Assembly: GCA_046292385.1 (NCBI GenBank)
Contig: JBKBRF010000013.1
Span: forward strand, 64,001 to 128,000
Length of the DNA stretch: 64,000 nt
Direction of reading: 5' to 3'
Source of the DNA: Armatimonadota bacterium
Lineage (GTDB): Bacteria > Armatimonadota > SYMT01
Of the stretch, positions 19,177 through 27,797 are shown one piece after another. The position numbers and the translations under genes were made by a program. The stretch's first letter is position 1, and every line of letters begins with the position of its first letter. Below the pieces are notes generated by a model that was not told the DNA's origin, searched no databases, and saw only the letters and a program-made list of their open reading frames with translations.

Positions 19177-20913
19177 TCAGTACCCGACGGACGCCGAGTC
19201 GGGGTTGCGCGGATCGGAGGCGCCGAAGCGGAGCCCCGTTTCGGGGTCGACCAGCACGCCCTCGGCATCCCCCATGTAGGCCGGCCGCTCGGCCAGCTCG
19301 TGCCCCCGCGCGCGCAGCGCCTCTTGCACGTCGCGGGAGAGACCGTACGGCTCGTGACGCACCACGTCCGGCAGCCACTGGTGGTGGATGCGGGGAGCGG
19401 CGATCGCCTGCTGCAGGTTCATGTCGTGGTCGATCACGTTCAGCGTCACCTGCAGAACGGTGTTGATAATGGTGGGACCGCCGGGGCTGCCCACCACCAT
19501 GAAGAGCTTGCCGTCCTTCAGCAGGATCGTCGGCGTCATGGAGGAGAGCGGGCGCTTGCGGGGGGCAATGGCGTTGCGCTCGCCCTGGATCAGGCCGAAG
19601 AGGTTGGGGGAGCCCGGCTTCGACGTGAAGTCGTCCATCTCGTTGTTGAGCAGGAACCCGGCCCCTTTCACCGTGACGCCGCTGCCGTAGGCGGCGTTGA
19701 GGGTGTAGGTGACGGACACGGCGTTTCCGGCGCGGTCGACGACGCTGTAGTGCGTCGTCTGCGGCGACTCGTACGGGGCGGGATTGCCGGGTTTCACCTG
19801 CGCGCTGGGGGTGGCGCGCCGGCGGTCGATCTGCTGGAACAGCCTCTCCGCGTAGCCGGGAGAGGTGAGGCCGCGGACCGGCACTCGGACGAAGTCCGGA
19901 TCGCCCAGGTACTCGGAGCGGTCCGCAAAGGCGCGGCGCATCGTCTCGATCAGCAGGTGGTACCGCTCGGACGACGAGTGACCGAGCGACCGGAGCTCGA
20001 ACCGCTCCAGCACGTTCAGCATCTGCAGCAGCGCCACGCCGCCGGAGCTGGGCGGGGGCATCGTCAGGATCTCGTAGCCCCGGTAGCGCCCGCGCAGCGG
20101 CTCGCGTATCACCGGCCGGTACGCCTTCAGGTCTTCGGGCGTGATCAGTCCGCCGTGCGCCCGCATTTCGTCCGCCAGCAGGCGCGCCGTCCGGCCGGTG
20201 TAGAGCTCCTCCGGCCCTTCCTTCTGCAGGCGGCGGAGCGTGGCGGCGAGGTCCGGCTGCCGGAGCCGCTCGCCCGGCTCGTAGTAGTCGCCGTCCCGCT
20301 GGAAGATCCGGCGCGTCTCCGGGAAACGGGAGAGCAGCCGGGTCCGGCGCAGGTCGCCGGCCAGCTCGTAACTCACCGGAAAGCCCTCGGCGGCCAGCTT
20401 CCGGGCCGGCTCCACCATGTCGCTCCACCGGCGGGTACCGTACCGCTCCAGCGCCAGGGCGAGGCCGGCTACGGTGCCGGGGACGCCCACCGCCCGATAG
20501 CCGACCGTCGACGCCTCCGGGATCACGTCGCCTTTCGGATCGAGGTACATCTCGCGGCTTGCCGCCGCCGGCGCCGTCTCGCGGAAATCGACGACCGAAG
20601 CGGTGCCGTCCGCCATCCGGAGCACCATGAAGCCGCCGCCGCCGAGGTTGCCCGCGGCCGGATAGGTCACCGCCAGCGCCAGGCCCACCGCTACCGCCGC
20701 GTCGACCGCGTTCCCGCCCTTCCGGAGCACCTCCGCGCCGACCCGGCTAGCGTGCGCGCTGGCAGAGGCGACCATCCCATGCCGGGCCGCCACCGGGTAG
20801 CCGACCTGTCCCCACGAGGGACGAGGCCGCGCCGGAGGAAGCTGCACCAGCGCGCCCGCGGCGAGTGCCAGGGCGGCGATCAACGGAAGGAGGCGGAGAC
20901 GAGCGGCAGGCAT
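19177..20913 (-). CDS. ggt: Gamma-glutamyltransferase
   Basis: 'GGNAVDAAVA', 'GNLGGGGF', 'DFRETAP', 'PPPSSGG', catalytic 'TTHYSVVD', 'LNNEMDDF', 'RPLSSMTP', 'GSPGG', 'SDPR'. Confidence 0.96.
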   Translation of the reverse strand: MPAARLRLLPLIAALALAAGALVQLPPARPRPSWGQVGYPVAARHGMVASASAHASRVGAEVLRKGGNAVDAAVAVGLALAVTYPAAGNLGGGGFMVLRMADGTASVVDFRETAPAAASREMYLDPKGDVIPEASTVGYRAVGVPGTVAGLALALERYGTRRWSDMVEPARKLAAEGFPVSYELAGDLRRTRLLSRFPETRRIFQRDGDYYEPGERLRQPDLAATLRRLQKEGPEELYTGRTARLLADEMRAHGGLITPEDLKAYRPVIREPLRGRYRGYEILTMPPPSSGGVALLQMLNVLERFELRSLGHSSSERYHLLIETMRRAFADRSEYLGDPDFVRVPVRGLTSPGYAERLFQQIDRRRATPSAQVKPGNPAPYESPQTTHYSVVDRAGNAVSVTYTLNAAYGSGVTVKGAGFLLNNEMDDFTSKPGSPNLFGLIQGERNAIAPRKRPLSSMTPTILLKDGKLFMVVGSPGGPTIINTVLQVTLNVIDHDMNLQQAIAAPRIHHQWLPDVVRHEPYGLSRDVQEALRARGHELAERPAYMGDAEGVLVDPETGLRFGASDPRNPDSASVGY

Positions 20914-20980
20914 GGAGAGCGGCTCCTCGGGCCGGCAGCAGTACCGGAGCTACCTTGAGAATACCGCAGCGTAGGGATGC

Positions 20981-21490
20981 CTACTGGACGGAGACCACTT
21001 CGCGCACCTTCTCCCGCAGCGCCCGCATGTGGTCTTCGCTGTAGCCTTCGAAGTTAGCGGCCTCCCCGTCGCGCGTGAGAAGGATCGTCCGGGGAATCGC
21101 CGAGACGCCGTACTGGTCCGAGACCGCTCCCCCGTCCGGCAAGATGGTGACCGGCGTGTCCGTCAGGTACTCCGCCGAGCGGAGGAGGTCGGCGCTCTCG
21201 TCGGAGATCAGCACCACGCTGAGCCCGCGCTCCCCGTATTCCTGCTGCAGCCGGACGAGGTGAGGAAACTCCTCACGGCAGCCCGGTCACGTGGTACTGA
21301 AGAAGCTGAGCAGCACCGGCCCGCGCTCCAGCCGCTCCGAGAGGCGAAATTGCGCACCCTGGAGGGTGGTGGCGGTGAAGTCCGGACCCGGCGCCCGGGA
21401 GTCGCCGAGCCGGCGAGCTCCCTCATAGAAGAAGAGGCCGCCCAGCAGCAGCGCAACCACCGCGATGACGACTTTTGCCCCCGTGCTCAC
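20981..21490 (-). CDS. Putative selenoprotein: N-terminally anchored TlpA/peroxiredoxin-like thioredoxin-fold protein with a UxxC motif (Sec UGA at 21287-21289)
   Basis: AGGAG RBS then GTG at 21490; TM helix; 'GPDFTATTLQG..RGPVLLSFFSTT-UGA-PGCREEFPHL..GLSVVLIS..YGVSAIPRTILL'. The two ORF-track fragments are in frame (306 nt offset between stops). Confidence 0.85.
21251..21286 (-). promoter_or_regulatory. Bacterial SECIS-like stem-loop immediately 3' of the UGA
   Basis: mRNA reads UGA CCGGGC UGCC GUGAGGA GUU UCCUCAC CUC GUCCGG: 6-bp lower stem, 7-bp upper stem, apical loop beginning GU at +18. Confidence 0.7.
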
Positions 21491-21538
21491 CGGAACACTC
21501 CTTCCGCCCACTCCTCTTCCCAGTCTACCAGAAAGCAA

Positions 21539-21572
21539 GAGAGGCGCTCCGGTGGTTACCGGAGCGCCTCTC
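21539..21572 (-). terminator. Intrinsic terminator of the KGG-repeat gene
   Basis: GAGAGGCGCTCCGGT-GGTT-ACCGGAGCGCCTCTC, a perfect 15-bp stem, followed on the minus strand by TTGCTTTCT. Confidence 0.75.
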
Positions 21573-21596
21573 GATCTGAAGCGGGCCTGCGGCCGG

Positions 21597-21851
21597 TTAA
21601 CCGGTCGCCCGGCGCTTCTTAACGCCCTTGTTGCGGGCGGCGATTTCCGAATAGAAGCGCAGGCCGTACTTCCGGATGACTGCTTGCGAGCCGCGGCGAC
21701 CGATCTTCGCCATGTGCTCGGAACCATACTTGTCCACCACCGCGCGGCCGCCGGTTGCGGCCTGCTCGGGCAGGTGGGCATAGCGGTCCGTTTCTCCGGA
21801 TTCGTTCAGTTGCTGCGCGTGCGTATCGTCTCGCTCCTCGACTTCCTTCAA
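21597..21851 (-). CDS. Small KGG-repeat (GsiB/general stress-like) protein
   Basis: GAGGAGG RBS then TTG; repeats 'GGRAVVDKYGSEHMAKIGRRG' and 'AVIRKYGLRFYSEIA'. Confidence 0.75.
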   Translation of the reverse strand: MKEVEERDDTHAQQLNESGETDRYAHLPEQAATGGRAVVDKYGSEHMAKIGRRGSQAVIRKYGLRFYSEIAARNKGVKKRRATG

Positions 21852-21928
21852 TCCATCCTCCTCATACTGGCCTTAGCCACCTTACTATAACGGTGGGCGG
21901 GCCAGAGGCGGATCGCCTTAGGGAGTTC

Positions 21929-23053
21929 TTAAGGCTGAGAGATTCCTGAGCCGCGGCGCAACACTTCCTCGTAGACGCGCACCGTCTCCCGGGCGGTCCG
22001 CCGCCAGTCGAACTCCCCGGCTCGCCGCAGCCCGGCGGCGCTGAGCCGCGCCCGCAGCGGTTCCTGCTCCAGCAGCCGGCGCATGCCGTCGGCAATCGCG
22101 TTCGTGTCGCGAGGATCGACCGTGATCGCCGCCTCCCCCACCACTTCCGGGAGCGACGAAGTATTGCTGGTGAGCACCGGCGTTCCGCACGCCATCGCCT
22201 CCAGCGGCGGCAGGCCGAACCCCTCGTAGAGGCTGGGATACGCGAAGAGGTCGGCGCCGCGGTAGAGATCGGGGAGGTCGGCGTCCGCCACGTAGCCGGC
22301 AAAGATCGGATCCTTCCCCGGAGGCGCCTCGTCCACCGCCTCCCGCAGCTCGTCCGGCGCCCAGCCTTCCTTCCCGGCCAGCACCAGCCGGTGCGGGATG
22401 TGCCGGGCGATCCGGTTGTAGGCGCGCACCAGCCGGGGGAGGTTCTTGCGGGGCTGGAGCACCCCCACCGCCAGGATGTACGGCACCGGGATGCGCAGCC
22501 GCCGCCGCACCGCCGCGCGGGCCGCCTCCCGGTCGCCCGGCGAGTAAACCGGATCGACTCCGTACGGCGTCACGAAGACCTGCTCCGGCGGGAGGTCGTA
22601 GAGCTCCAGGAGGTCGCGCCGGGTCGCCTCGCTTCCGGTAATCACCGCCGCCGCGTGGCGGGCCGAGCGGGGGATTAGGGCGTTCAGCAGCAGGCGGTGC
22701 TTGAGTGGGAACAGCTCCGGAAAGCGCCGGAACGCGATGTCGTGGATCGTGGTGACCACGGGGCAGTGCGTCACCGGCGGCACCAGGTACTGCACGTGCG
22801 CCAGACTCACTCGCCGGCGCCAGAGGTCGCGGGGAAAGACGAAGGGAGTCCAGGTCCACCGCGGCACCGCCGGGAGCACCACCGGACGGAAGTTCGGCTG
22901 CTCCAGCTTCGTGAGGGTGGTCGGCTCCCAGGTGTAGAGCAGGTACTCGTGCTCCGTATCGACTTCCGCCAGCGCGCGGGAGAGGTTGAGCGCGTAGGTG
23001 CGGTCCCCCGTTTTGGGAGAGGTGACGGTGCGGCAGTCGAGGGCGACGAGCAT
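21929..23053 (-). CDS. Glycosyltransferase family 4
   Basis: 'VTTIHDIAF', '[10 protein letters not shown]', '[30 protein letters not shown]'. Confidence 0.95.
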   Translation of the reverse strand: MLVALDCRTVTSPKTGDRTYALNLSRALAEVDTEHEYLLYTWEPTTLTKLEQPNFRPVVLPAVPRWTWTPFVFPRDLWRRRVSLAHVQYLVPPVTHCPVVTTIHDIAFRRFPELFPLKHRLLLNALIPRSARHAAAVITGSEATRRDLLELYDLPPEQVFVTPYGVDPVYSPGDREAARAAVRRRLRIPVPYILAVGVLQPRKNLPRLVRAYNRIARHIPHRLVLAGKEGWAPDELREAVDEAPPGKDPIFAGYVADADLPDLYRGADLFAYPSLYEGFGLPPLEAMACGTPVLTSNTSSLPEVVGEAAITVDPRDTNAIADGMRRLLEQEPLRARLSAAGLRRAGEFDWRRTARETVRVYEEVLRRGSGISQP

Positions 23054-23138
23054 GGCTCTTTAGCTGTATCGCGTCCGAGCAAGCTGGAAGAAGAAAGAGC
23101 GTAGAAGAAAGACCTGCCGCCGGTGGGCCGACCGCCGT

Positions 23139-24218
23139 TTACTTCGAGCCGAGCTCCGCGTAAAAGTCGGCGGTCTCTGCCGCCAGGGCGGCGTAGCTGT
23201 TCCGCTCGGCGTAGTCCGCCGCGGCGCGCTCCAGCGCCGCGCGGGCGGTGGGAGAAGCAAGCTCCCGCACCGCCTCTGCCAGCGCGGCCGGGTCGCCGCT
23301 CGGGAAGAGGCGGACGCAGGGCAGTCGGCGGTTCTCCGGCAGGTCGGAGGCGACAACCGCTTTCCGGCGCGCGAGTGCGTAGGACAGCGAGGCGGAGCCG
23401 CTCATCTCCCGGAACGGTGCCAGGATCACCTCCGCCAGGGCGGTCGCATGCTCCAGCTCCTCCGCACCCAGGTAGCCGGAGACGACGAACCGGTCCCCCA
23501 TCCCCAGGCGCTGCGCTTCCTCGCGCAGCACCGCCTCCGTGCCGGAGCGATCCGCCACGTGCTCCCCGCCCGCCGCCAGGAGCACGTAGTCCGGCGGGAG
23601 CTGCCGCAGCGCCTCGAGCGCCACGTCGTACCCCTTCCGGCGCGCCAGGAAGCCGAGAATCGCCAGCACCCGCTTCCCCTCCAGGCCGAACCGCCGCCGC
23701 AGCGGGCTTGGATCGACCGGAGCCTCCGGCGCGGTCGGCACCGGCATCGGGCGGTATCGCACCCGACCTTCCGGCGCGCCGAGCTCCAGCAGCGCGTCCC
23801 GGAGCGCGGCGGAATGGACCATCCAGCCGGAGACCGCCGGGTGGAGGAAGGTGGCGCGGTTGAACCTCCGCTTGTAGGCCACCTCCAGCGGCGGCGGAAG
23901 CCGGTAGGCGCCGGTCGGCTGAACATCCAACTCGTGCACCGTCAGGAGCAGCGGCACCCGCACTTCCGCCGCCAGCGCGCCCCATCCGGAGCGCAGCGGG
24001 TGCATCCCCCCGAAGAAGGCGTAGGAGTGCTGCACGTGGGCCACGTCTCCCCCGTTCAGCGCCCGCCCCATGGAGGCGTAGACCACCCGCGAGCTGCGGC
24101 GGAAGGTCGCCGGCACCACCTCCACCCCCACCCGCTCCCGCAGCGCCGGCACCAGGCCGCGGCTGTACTCCGCGATCCCGCAGCGCTCGTCCCAGGAAGT
24201 AAGGAAAGTGACCTGCAT
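23139..24218 (-). CDS. Glycosyltransferase, GT-B/GT4-like
   Basis: 'RCGIAEYS', 'HVQHSY', 'LTVHE', 'GFLARRKGYD', 'SGSASLSYALA..VVASDLP'. Confidence 0.88.
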   Translation of the reverse strand: MQVTFLTSWDERCGIAEYSRGLVPALRERVGVEVVPATFRRSSRVVYASMGRALNGGDVAHVQHSYAFFGGMHPLRSGWGALAAEVRVPLLLTVHELDVQPTGAYRLPPPLEVAYKRRFNRATFLHPAVSGWMVHSAALRDALLELGAPEGRVRYRPMPVPTAPEAPVDPSPLRRRFGLEGKRVLAILGFLARRKGYDVALEALRQLPPDYVLLAAGGEHVADRSGTEAVLREEAQRLGMGDRFVVSGYLGAEELEHATALAEVILAPFREMSGSASLSYALARRKAVVASDLPENRRLPCVRLFPSGDPAALAEAVRELASPTARAALERAAADYAERNSYAALAAETADFYAELGSK

Positions 24219-24344
24219 TCTTAGGGCCTAGGGTTCAGGGTATAGGGTTTAGATTGGCGCATAGGACAGGCCTCCGTCCCCGTCGAAGAGGCGTGTCATC
24301 GGGATCCCCACACCCTCTACCCTATCCCCTAGACCCTAAGAATG
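24216..24344. repeat. Intergenic palindrome of heptamer (NNNAGGG / CCCTNNN) units ending in the start codons of two divergent genes
   Basis: CATTCTTAGGG-CCTAGGG-TTCAGGG-TATAGGG ... CCCTCTA-CCCTATC-CCCTAGA-CCCTAAGAATG. The outer 11 bp are perfectly complementary. Confidence 0.85.
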
Positions 24345-25043
24345 AACGTTCTCGCCATCGGCGCGCATCCGGACGACCTGGAGATTCTCTGTGCGGGCAC
24401 CCTCGCGCGCTGCGCGGAGCGGGAGGACCGCGTGACGATGCTGATCGTGACCGACGGCAGCGCGGGCCATGCGGAGATCCCGCCGGACCGCCTGGCGGGG
24501 ATCCGGGAGGCGGAGGCGCGGGCGGCGGCGGGGGTGATCGGCGCGGAGCTGGTCTGGCTCGGCCTGCGCGACGAGTTCGTCTTCAACGACGAGCCGACCC
24601 GTCTCCTGCTCCTGAACGCGATCCGCGGCGCCAGCCCGGAGCTGATCCTGACCCACGCGCCGGAAGACTACCATCCGGACCACCGCGCCGTCAGCCGCGC
24701 GGTGTTCGACGCCAGCTTCATCATGGGACTGCCGAACGTGCGGACCGAGAACCCGGCGCAGCCCGGCGTCCCCGCGCTCTACTACTTCGACACGCTCGCC
24801 GGCCTCGGCTTCACTCCCGCGGAGTACGTCGACGTCACTCCCGCCTGGGAGACCAAGTGCGAGATGCTGCGCCGGCACTCCAGCCAGGTCGACTGGCTGC
24901 AGTACCACGACCAGATCGACATCCTCGGCTTCATGGAGACGGTCGCGAAGTTCCGTGGGCTCCAGTGCGGCGTGCCCTTCGCGGAGGCGTTCCGCCCCGC
25001 CGACGCCTGGCCCCGCCGCCGTCCCGCGCGTCTCCTGCCCTGA
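24342..25043 (+). CDS. PIG-L/LmbE-family Zn deacetylase
   Basis: '[10 protein letters not shown]', 'VTDGSAG', 'IREAEA', 'DYHPDH', 'HSSQ', 'AEAF'. Confidence 0.93.
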   Translation: MNVLAIGAHPDDLEILCAGTLARCAEREDRVTMLIVTDGSAGHAEIPPDRLAGIREAEARAAAGVIGAELVWLGLRDEFVFNDEPTRLLLLNAIRGASPELILTHAPEDYHPDHRAVSRAVFDASFIMGLPNVRTENPAQPGVPALYYFDTLAGLGFTPAEYVDVTPAWETKCEMLRRHSSQVDWLQYHDQIDILGFMETVAKFRGLQCGVPFAEAFRPADAWPRRRPARLLP

Positions 25044-25060
25044 TCGGAACCGCTTACCTC

Positions 25061-27757
25061 ATGCTGCGCCCCCTGCTCCCCGCCCTCCTCGCCACGGCTG
25101 CCCTGACCGCGCTCTCTCCCGGCCCCGCCGCGCCGACCGCGACCTCCGAACCCATCACGCTGTTCCAGACGAACGGGGCTTACGATCCGCGCCTCGACCT
25201 GAAGACCGACCTCGTGGCGATCCACGCCCACGGCGCTGCGCCGGAGGCCGTCGCCCGCGCGATCGAATCGTGGAAGGGCGCCGGGTATCGGGTCCACCGG
25301 ATGTTCTTCATCGGCTCGGACGCCCGCGGCCGCTACACCCGCGGCGAGCTCGACGGCCGGCCGCACCTCGACGAGACGGAGACCGATGCGGAAGGCCGCG
25401 TCCTCGCCATCGGAAGCCGGCCGTACATGGTCCCCACCGCGGGGTGGCTCGCCTACCTGAAGGAGGAGATCCGCCGCTCGATCGACGCCGGCGCCGACGG
25501 GATCTGGCCGGAGGAGCCGCTGATGCACGCGGCGAGCGGCTACTCCGAGGCGTTCAAGGCGGCGTGGGGGCAGGCGTACGACACACCCTGGGAGCCTCCC
25601 CACGGGTCACCGTCCGCCTACTTCCGCGCCTCGCGATTGAAAGCGGACCTCTACCTGAACGCGGTGCAGGAGCTGCTGCAGGCGACCCGGGAGCACGCCC
25701 GGCGGAAGGGCCGGCCGGTGAAGTTCCTGCTGCCGGTCCACTCCCCCATCAGCTACGCGAGCTGGAACCTGATTTTTCCCCACGCGGCGGCCTCGAAGCT
25801 CCCGCTGGACGGCGTCATCGCGCAGGTCTGGACCGGCCCGGCGCGCTCGCCCGTCACCTACGAGGGCAGCTCCGGTCCGCAATTCTTCGAGAGCAGCTGG
25901 ATGATGTACAGCTACTTCGCCACGCTGATGGAGAAGACCGGCAAGCCGCTCTACTTCCTGGCCGATCCGGTGGAAGACGACCTGAGCTACGGCTGGCCGG
26001 ACTACGAGAAGTGGTACGAGTCGGTCCTCGCCGCGTCGCTGATGTTCCCGCAGGCGACCGGCTACGAGGTGATGCCCTGGCCGGAGCGGATCTACCTGCC
26101 GGGACGCACCACCGGCGGCGGCACCCCGGCGCCGACCGCGTACCGCACGGAGCTTTCCAACGTGATCGCCGCGCTGCAGGAGCTGCCCGCCGCGGGGCGG
26201 GCGCGCTGGGAAGGCGGGACGCGCGGGATCGGAGTGGTCACGCTCGACACCCTCATGTGGCAGCGCGGCGGGCCGCAGGGCAGCTCCATGCGCTCGCTGC
26301 ACGGGCTGGTGCTCCCGCTCCTGAAGCGAGGGGTACCGGTCGAAATCGTCCCCGGCGAGCGCGCGGCGGATCCGGGCTTCCTCTCCCGGTTCAAGGTACT
26401 GCTCGTCTCCTACGACATGCAGAAGCCGCTCGCACCGGAGGTGAACGAGGCGCTTGCGCGGTGGGCACGCGCCGGCGGGAGCCTGGTGGTCCTCGGCGGC
26501 GAGGATGCCTACAACGGGGTCGACGGCTTCTGGCGCGAGCGCGGCTTCCCCGGCCCGACCGAGCACCTGCTCTCCGAGTGCGGCGCGCGGGTCGACCTGG
26601 CGCAGCGCTCCGCAGCCAACGCCCAGGGCCGGTTCCAGCCGGTGCTCCGTGCCGACGGCCCGCACCGCGACCTGAAGAACCGGCGCTTCTACACGGTCGA
26701 CCTCTCCCCCCACCGCGGAAAGAGCGGCGCGGCGCTGGTGCGCCTCTCGGACCTCTACCCGCAGGACGGCTGGGGCGCCTGGATCGGACGGGTGCGGCTG
26801 CTGGATGGCAGCCGCGTGGCGGCGGAGTTCCAGGCCGGCACGCCGGAGGAGCGGCCGTTCGTAGCGCTCGACTCCGGCTCCACCGCCGCCGCGACCCACC
26901 GCTTCACCGACCGGGACGCGGAGGTGGTCTATCGCTTCGAGAAGCTGGGACCCGGCGCGCGGCTGGAGCTGGAGCTCGGCAACCAGTTTCTCGTGAGCGT
27001 CGCGCCCGCCGAGTCGCTGCCGACACTGGAGCCCGCCCGGAAGCCGCTCCCCTCCCTCACCGTCCCGGTCACCTACCCGCTGGTGCGGTTCCCGGCCACC
27101 GGCGCGAAGCCGCTCTACCACGGAAGCAAGAGCGAGCTGCCGGCTTGGACCTCGCCGGTCGGCAAGGGCAGCCTGCTCTACTGCGGTCTCCCCGCGGCGT
27201 TCATGGCGGACAGCGCGGACGGTGCGACTCTCCTCCGCGCCCTGACGCGGCTGGCCTGCGAGGAAGCCGGGCTGAAGTACGCCGAAGGCCCGCTCGTCAC
27301 CCGGCGCGGCCCCTACGTCATCGCGCACGCGCAGGGGCGGCCGGTCCGGCTCCGCGGCCGTTACCTCGACCTCTTCGACGCGGAGCTGAAGCTCCTGGAG
27401 AATCCGCTCCTGCCGCCGGACGAGCCGGTACTGCTGAAAGCGGTCCGCAGCAGCGGCAAGCTCCCCGCGCTGCTCCACGCCAGCCGGAAAACGCGAGTGG
27501 TCGAACGCACCGCCACCGCCCTGCGCCTGACCGCCTCCGGCCCCGAGGGCACGACGGGCGTCGTCCGCGTCGACCCCGCCGGAAGGCAGCTCCACTCCGC
27601 CCAGGCCACCAACCCCCAGGGCCGCCGCGTACCGGTGGAGGCCCTGGAAGAGAGCGGAACGGTGCTGGTGCGCTACCCCCTTTCGCCGCAGGAGCTGGCG
27701 ATTACGCTGCGCTGGCAGTCCCGAACTGAGAAAGAGAAAGAGAAGGAGAACGAGTAA
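25061..27757 (+). CDS. Large secreted uncharacterised protein, probable glycoside-hydrolase-like TIM barrel + GATase-like (beta-galactosidase trimerisation-type) domain
   Basis: Signal peptide from the ATG at 25061; 'IDAGADGIWPEEP', 'IAQVWTG', 'LADPVED', 'YEVMPWPERIY', 'FKVLLVSYDMQKP..WARAGGSLVVLG'. The function is inferred. Confidence 0.6.
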   Translation: MLRPLLPALLATAALTALSPGPAAPTATSEPITLFQTNGAYDPRLDLKTDLVAIHAHGAAPEAVARAIESWKGAGYRVHRMFFIGSDARGRYTRGELDGRPHLDETETDAEGRVLAIGSRPYMVPTAGWLAYLKEEIRRSIDAGADGIWPEEPLMHAASGYSEAFKAAWGQAYDTPWEPPHGSPSAYFRASRLKADLYLNAVQELLQATREHARRKGRPVKFLLPVHSPISYASWNLIFPHAAASKLPLDGVIAQVWTGPARSPVTYEGSSGPQFFESSWMMYSYFATLMEKTGKPLYFLADPVEDDLSYGWPDYEKWYESVLAASLMFPQATGYEVMPWPERIYLPGRTTGGGTPAPTAYRTELSNVIAALQELPAAGRARWEGGTRGIGVVTLDTLMWQRGGPQGSSMRSLHGLVLPLLKRGVPVEIVPGERAADPGFLSRFKVLLVSYDMQKPLAPEVNEALARWARAGGSLVVLGGEDAYNGVDGFWRERGFPGPTEHLLSECGARVDLAQRSAANAQGRFQPVLRADGPHRDLKNRRFYTVDLSPHRGKSGAALVRLSDLYPQDGWGAWIGRVRLLDGSRVAAEFQAGTPEERPFVALDSGSTAAATHRFTDRDAEVVYRFEKLGPGARLELELGNQFLVSVAPAESLPTLEPARKPLPSLTVPVTYPLVRFPATGAKPLYHGSKSELPAWTSPVGKGSLLYCGLPAAFMADSADGATLLRALTRLACEEAGLKYAEGPLVTRRGPYVIAHAQGRPVRLRGRYLDLFDAELKLLENPLLPPDEPVLLKAVRSSGKLPALLHASRKTRVVERTATALRLTASGPEGTTGVVRVDPAGRQLHSAQATNPQGRRVPVEALEESGTVLVRYPLSPQELAITLRWQSRTEKEKEKENE

Positions 27758-27760
27758 GAG
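27728..27760. repeat. GAG(A/T/C)AN hexamer tandem repeat forming the C-terminus and stop of the upstream gene
   Basis: gagaaa-gagaaa-gagaag-gagaac-gagtaa-gag; related tracts at 39605-39633 and 45667-45697. Confidence 0.7.
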
Positions 27761-27797
27761 CTAAGTTCGGTTGGCTGCCCATCCCCCTCATCCCCAC

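Noticed and set aside
20981..21490. Nonsense pseudogene interpretation of the redoxin
   Set aside because: The only lesion is a UGA precisely at the redox-active position, followed by a SECIS-like hairpin, so Sec decoding is more parsimonious. It is not excluded without finding the sel genes.
21929..25043. Bacillithiol or mycothiol biosynthesis (BshA/BshB or MshA/MshB)
   Set aside because: The glycosyltransferases look like generic envelope GT4s, no bshC/mshC/mshD is nearby, and orthology cannot be supported by eye.
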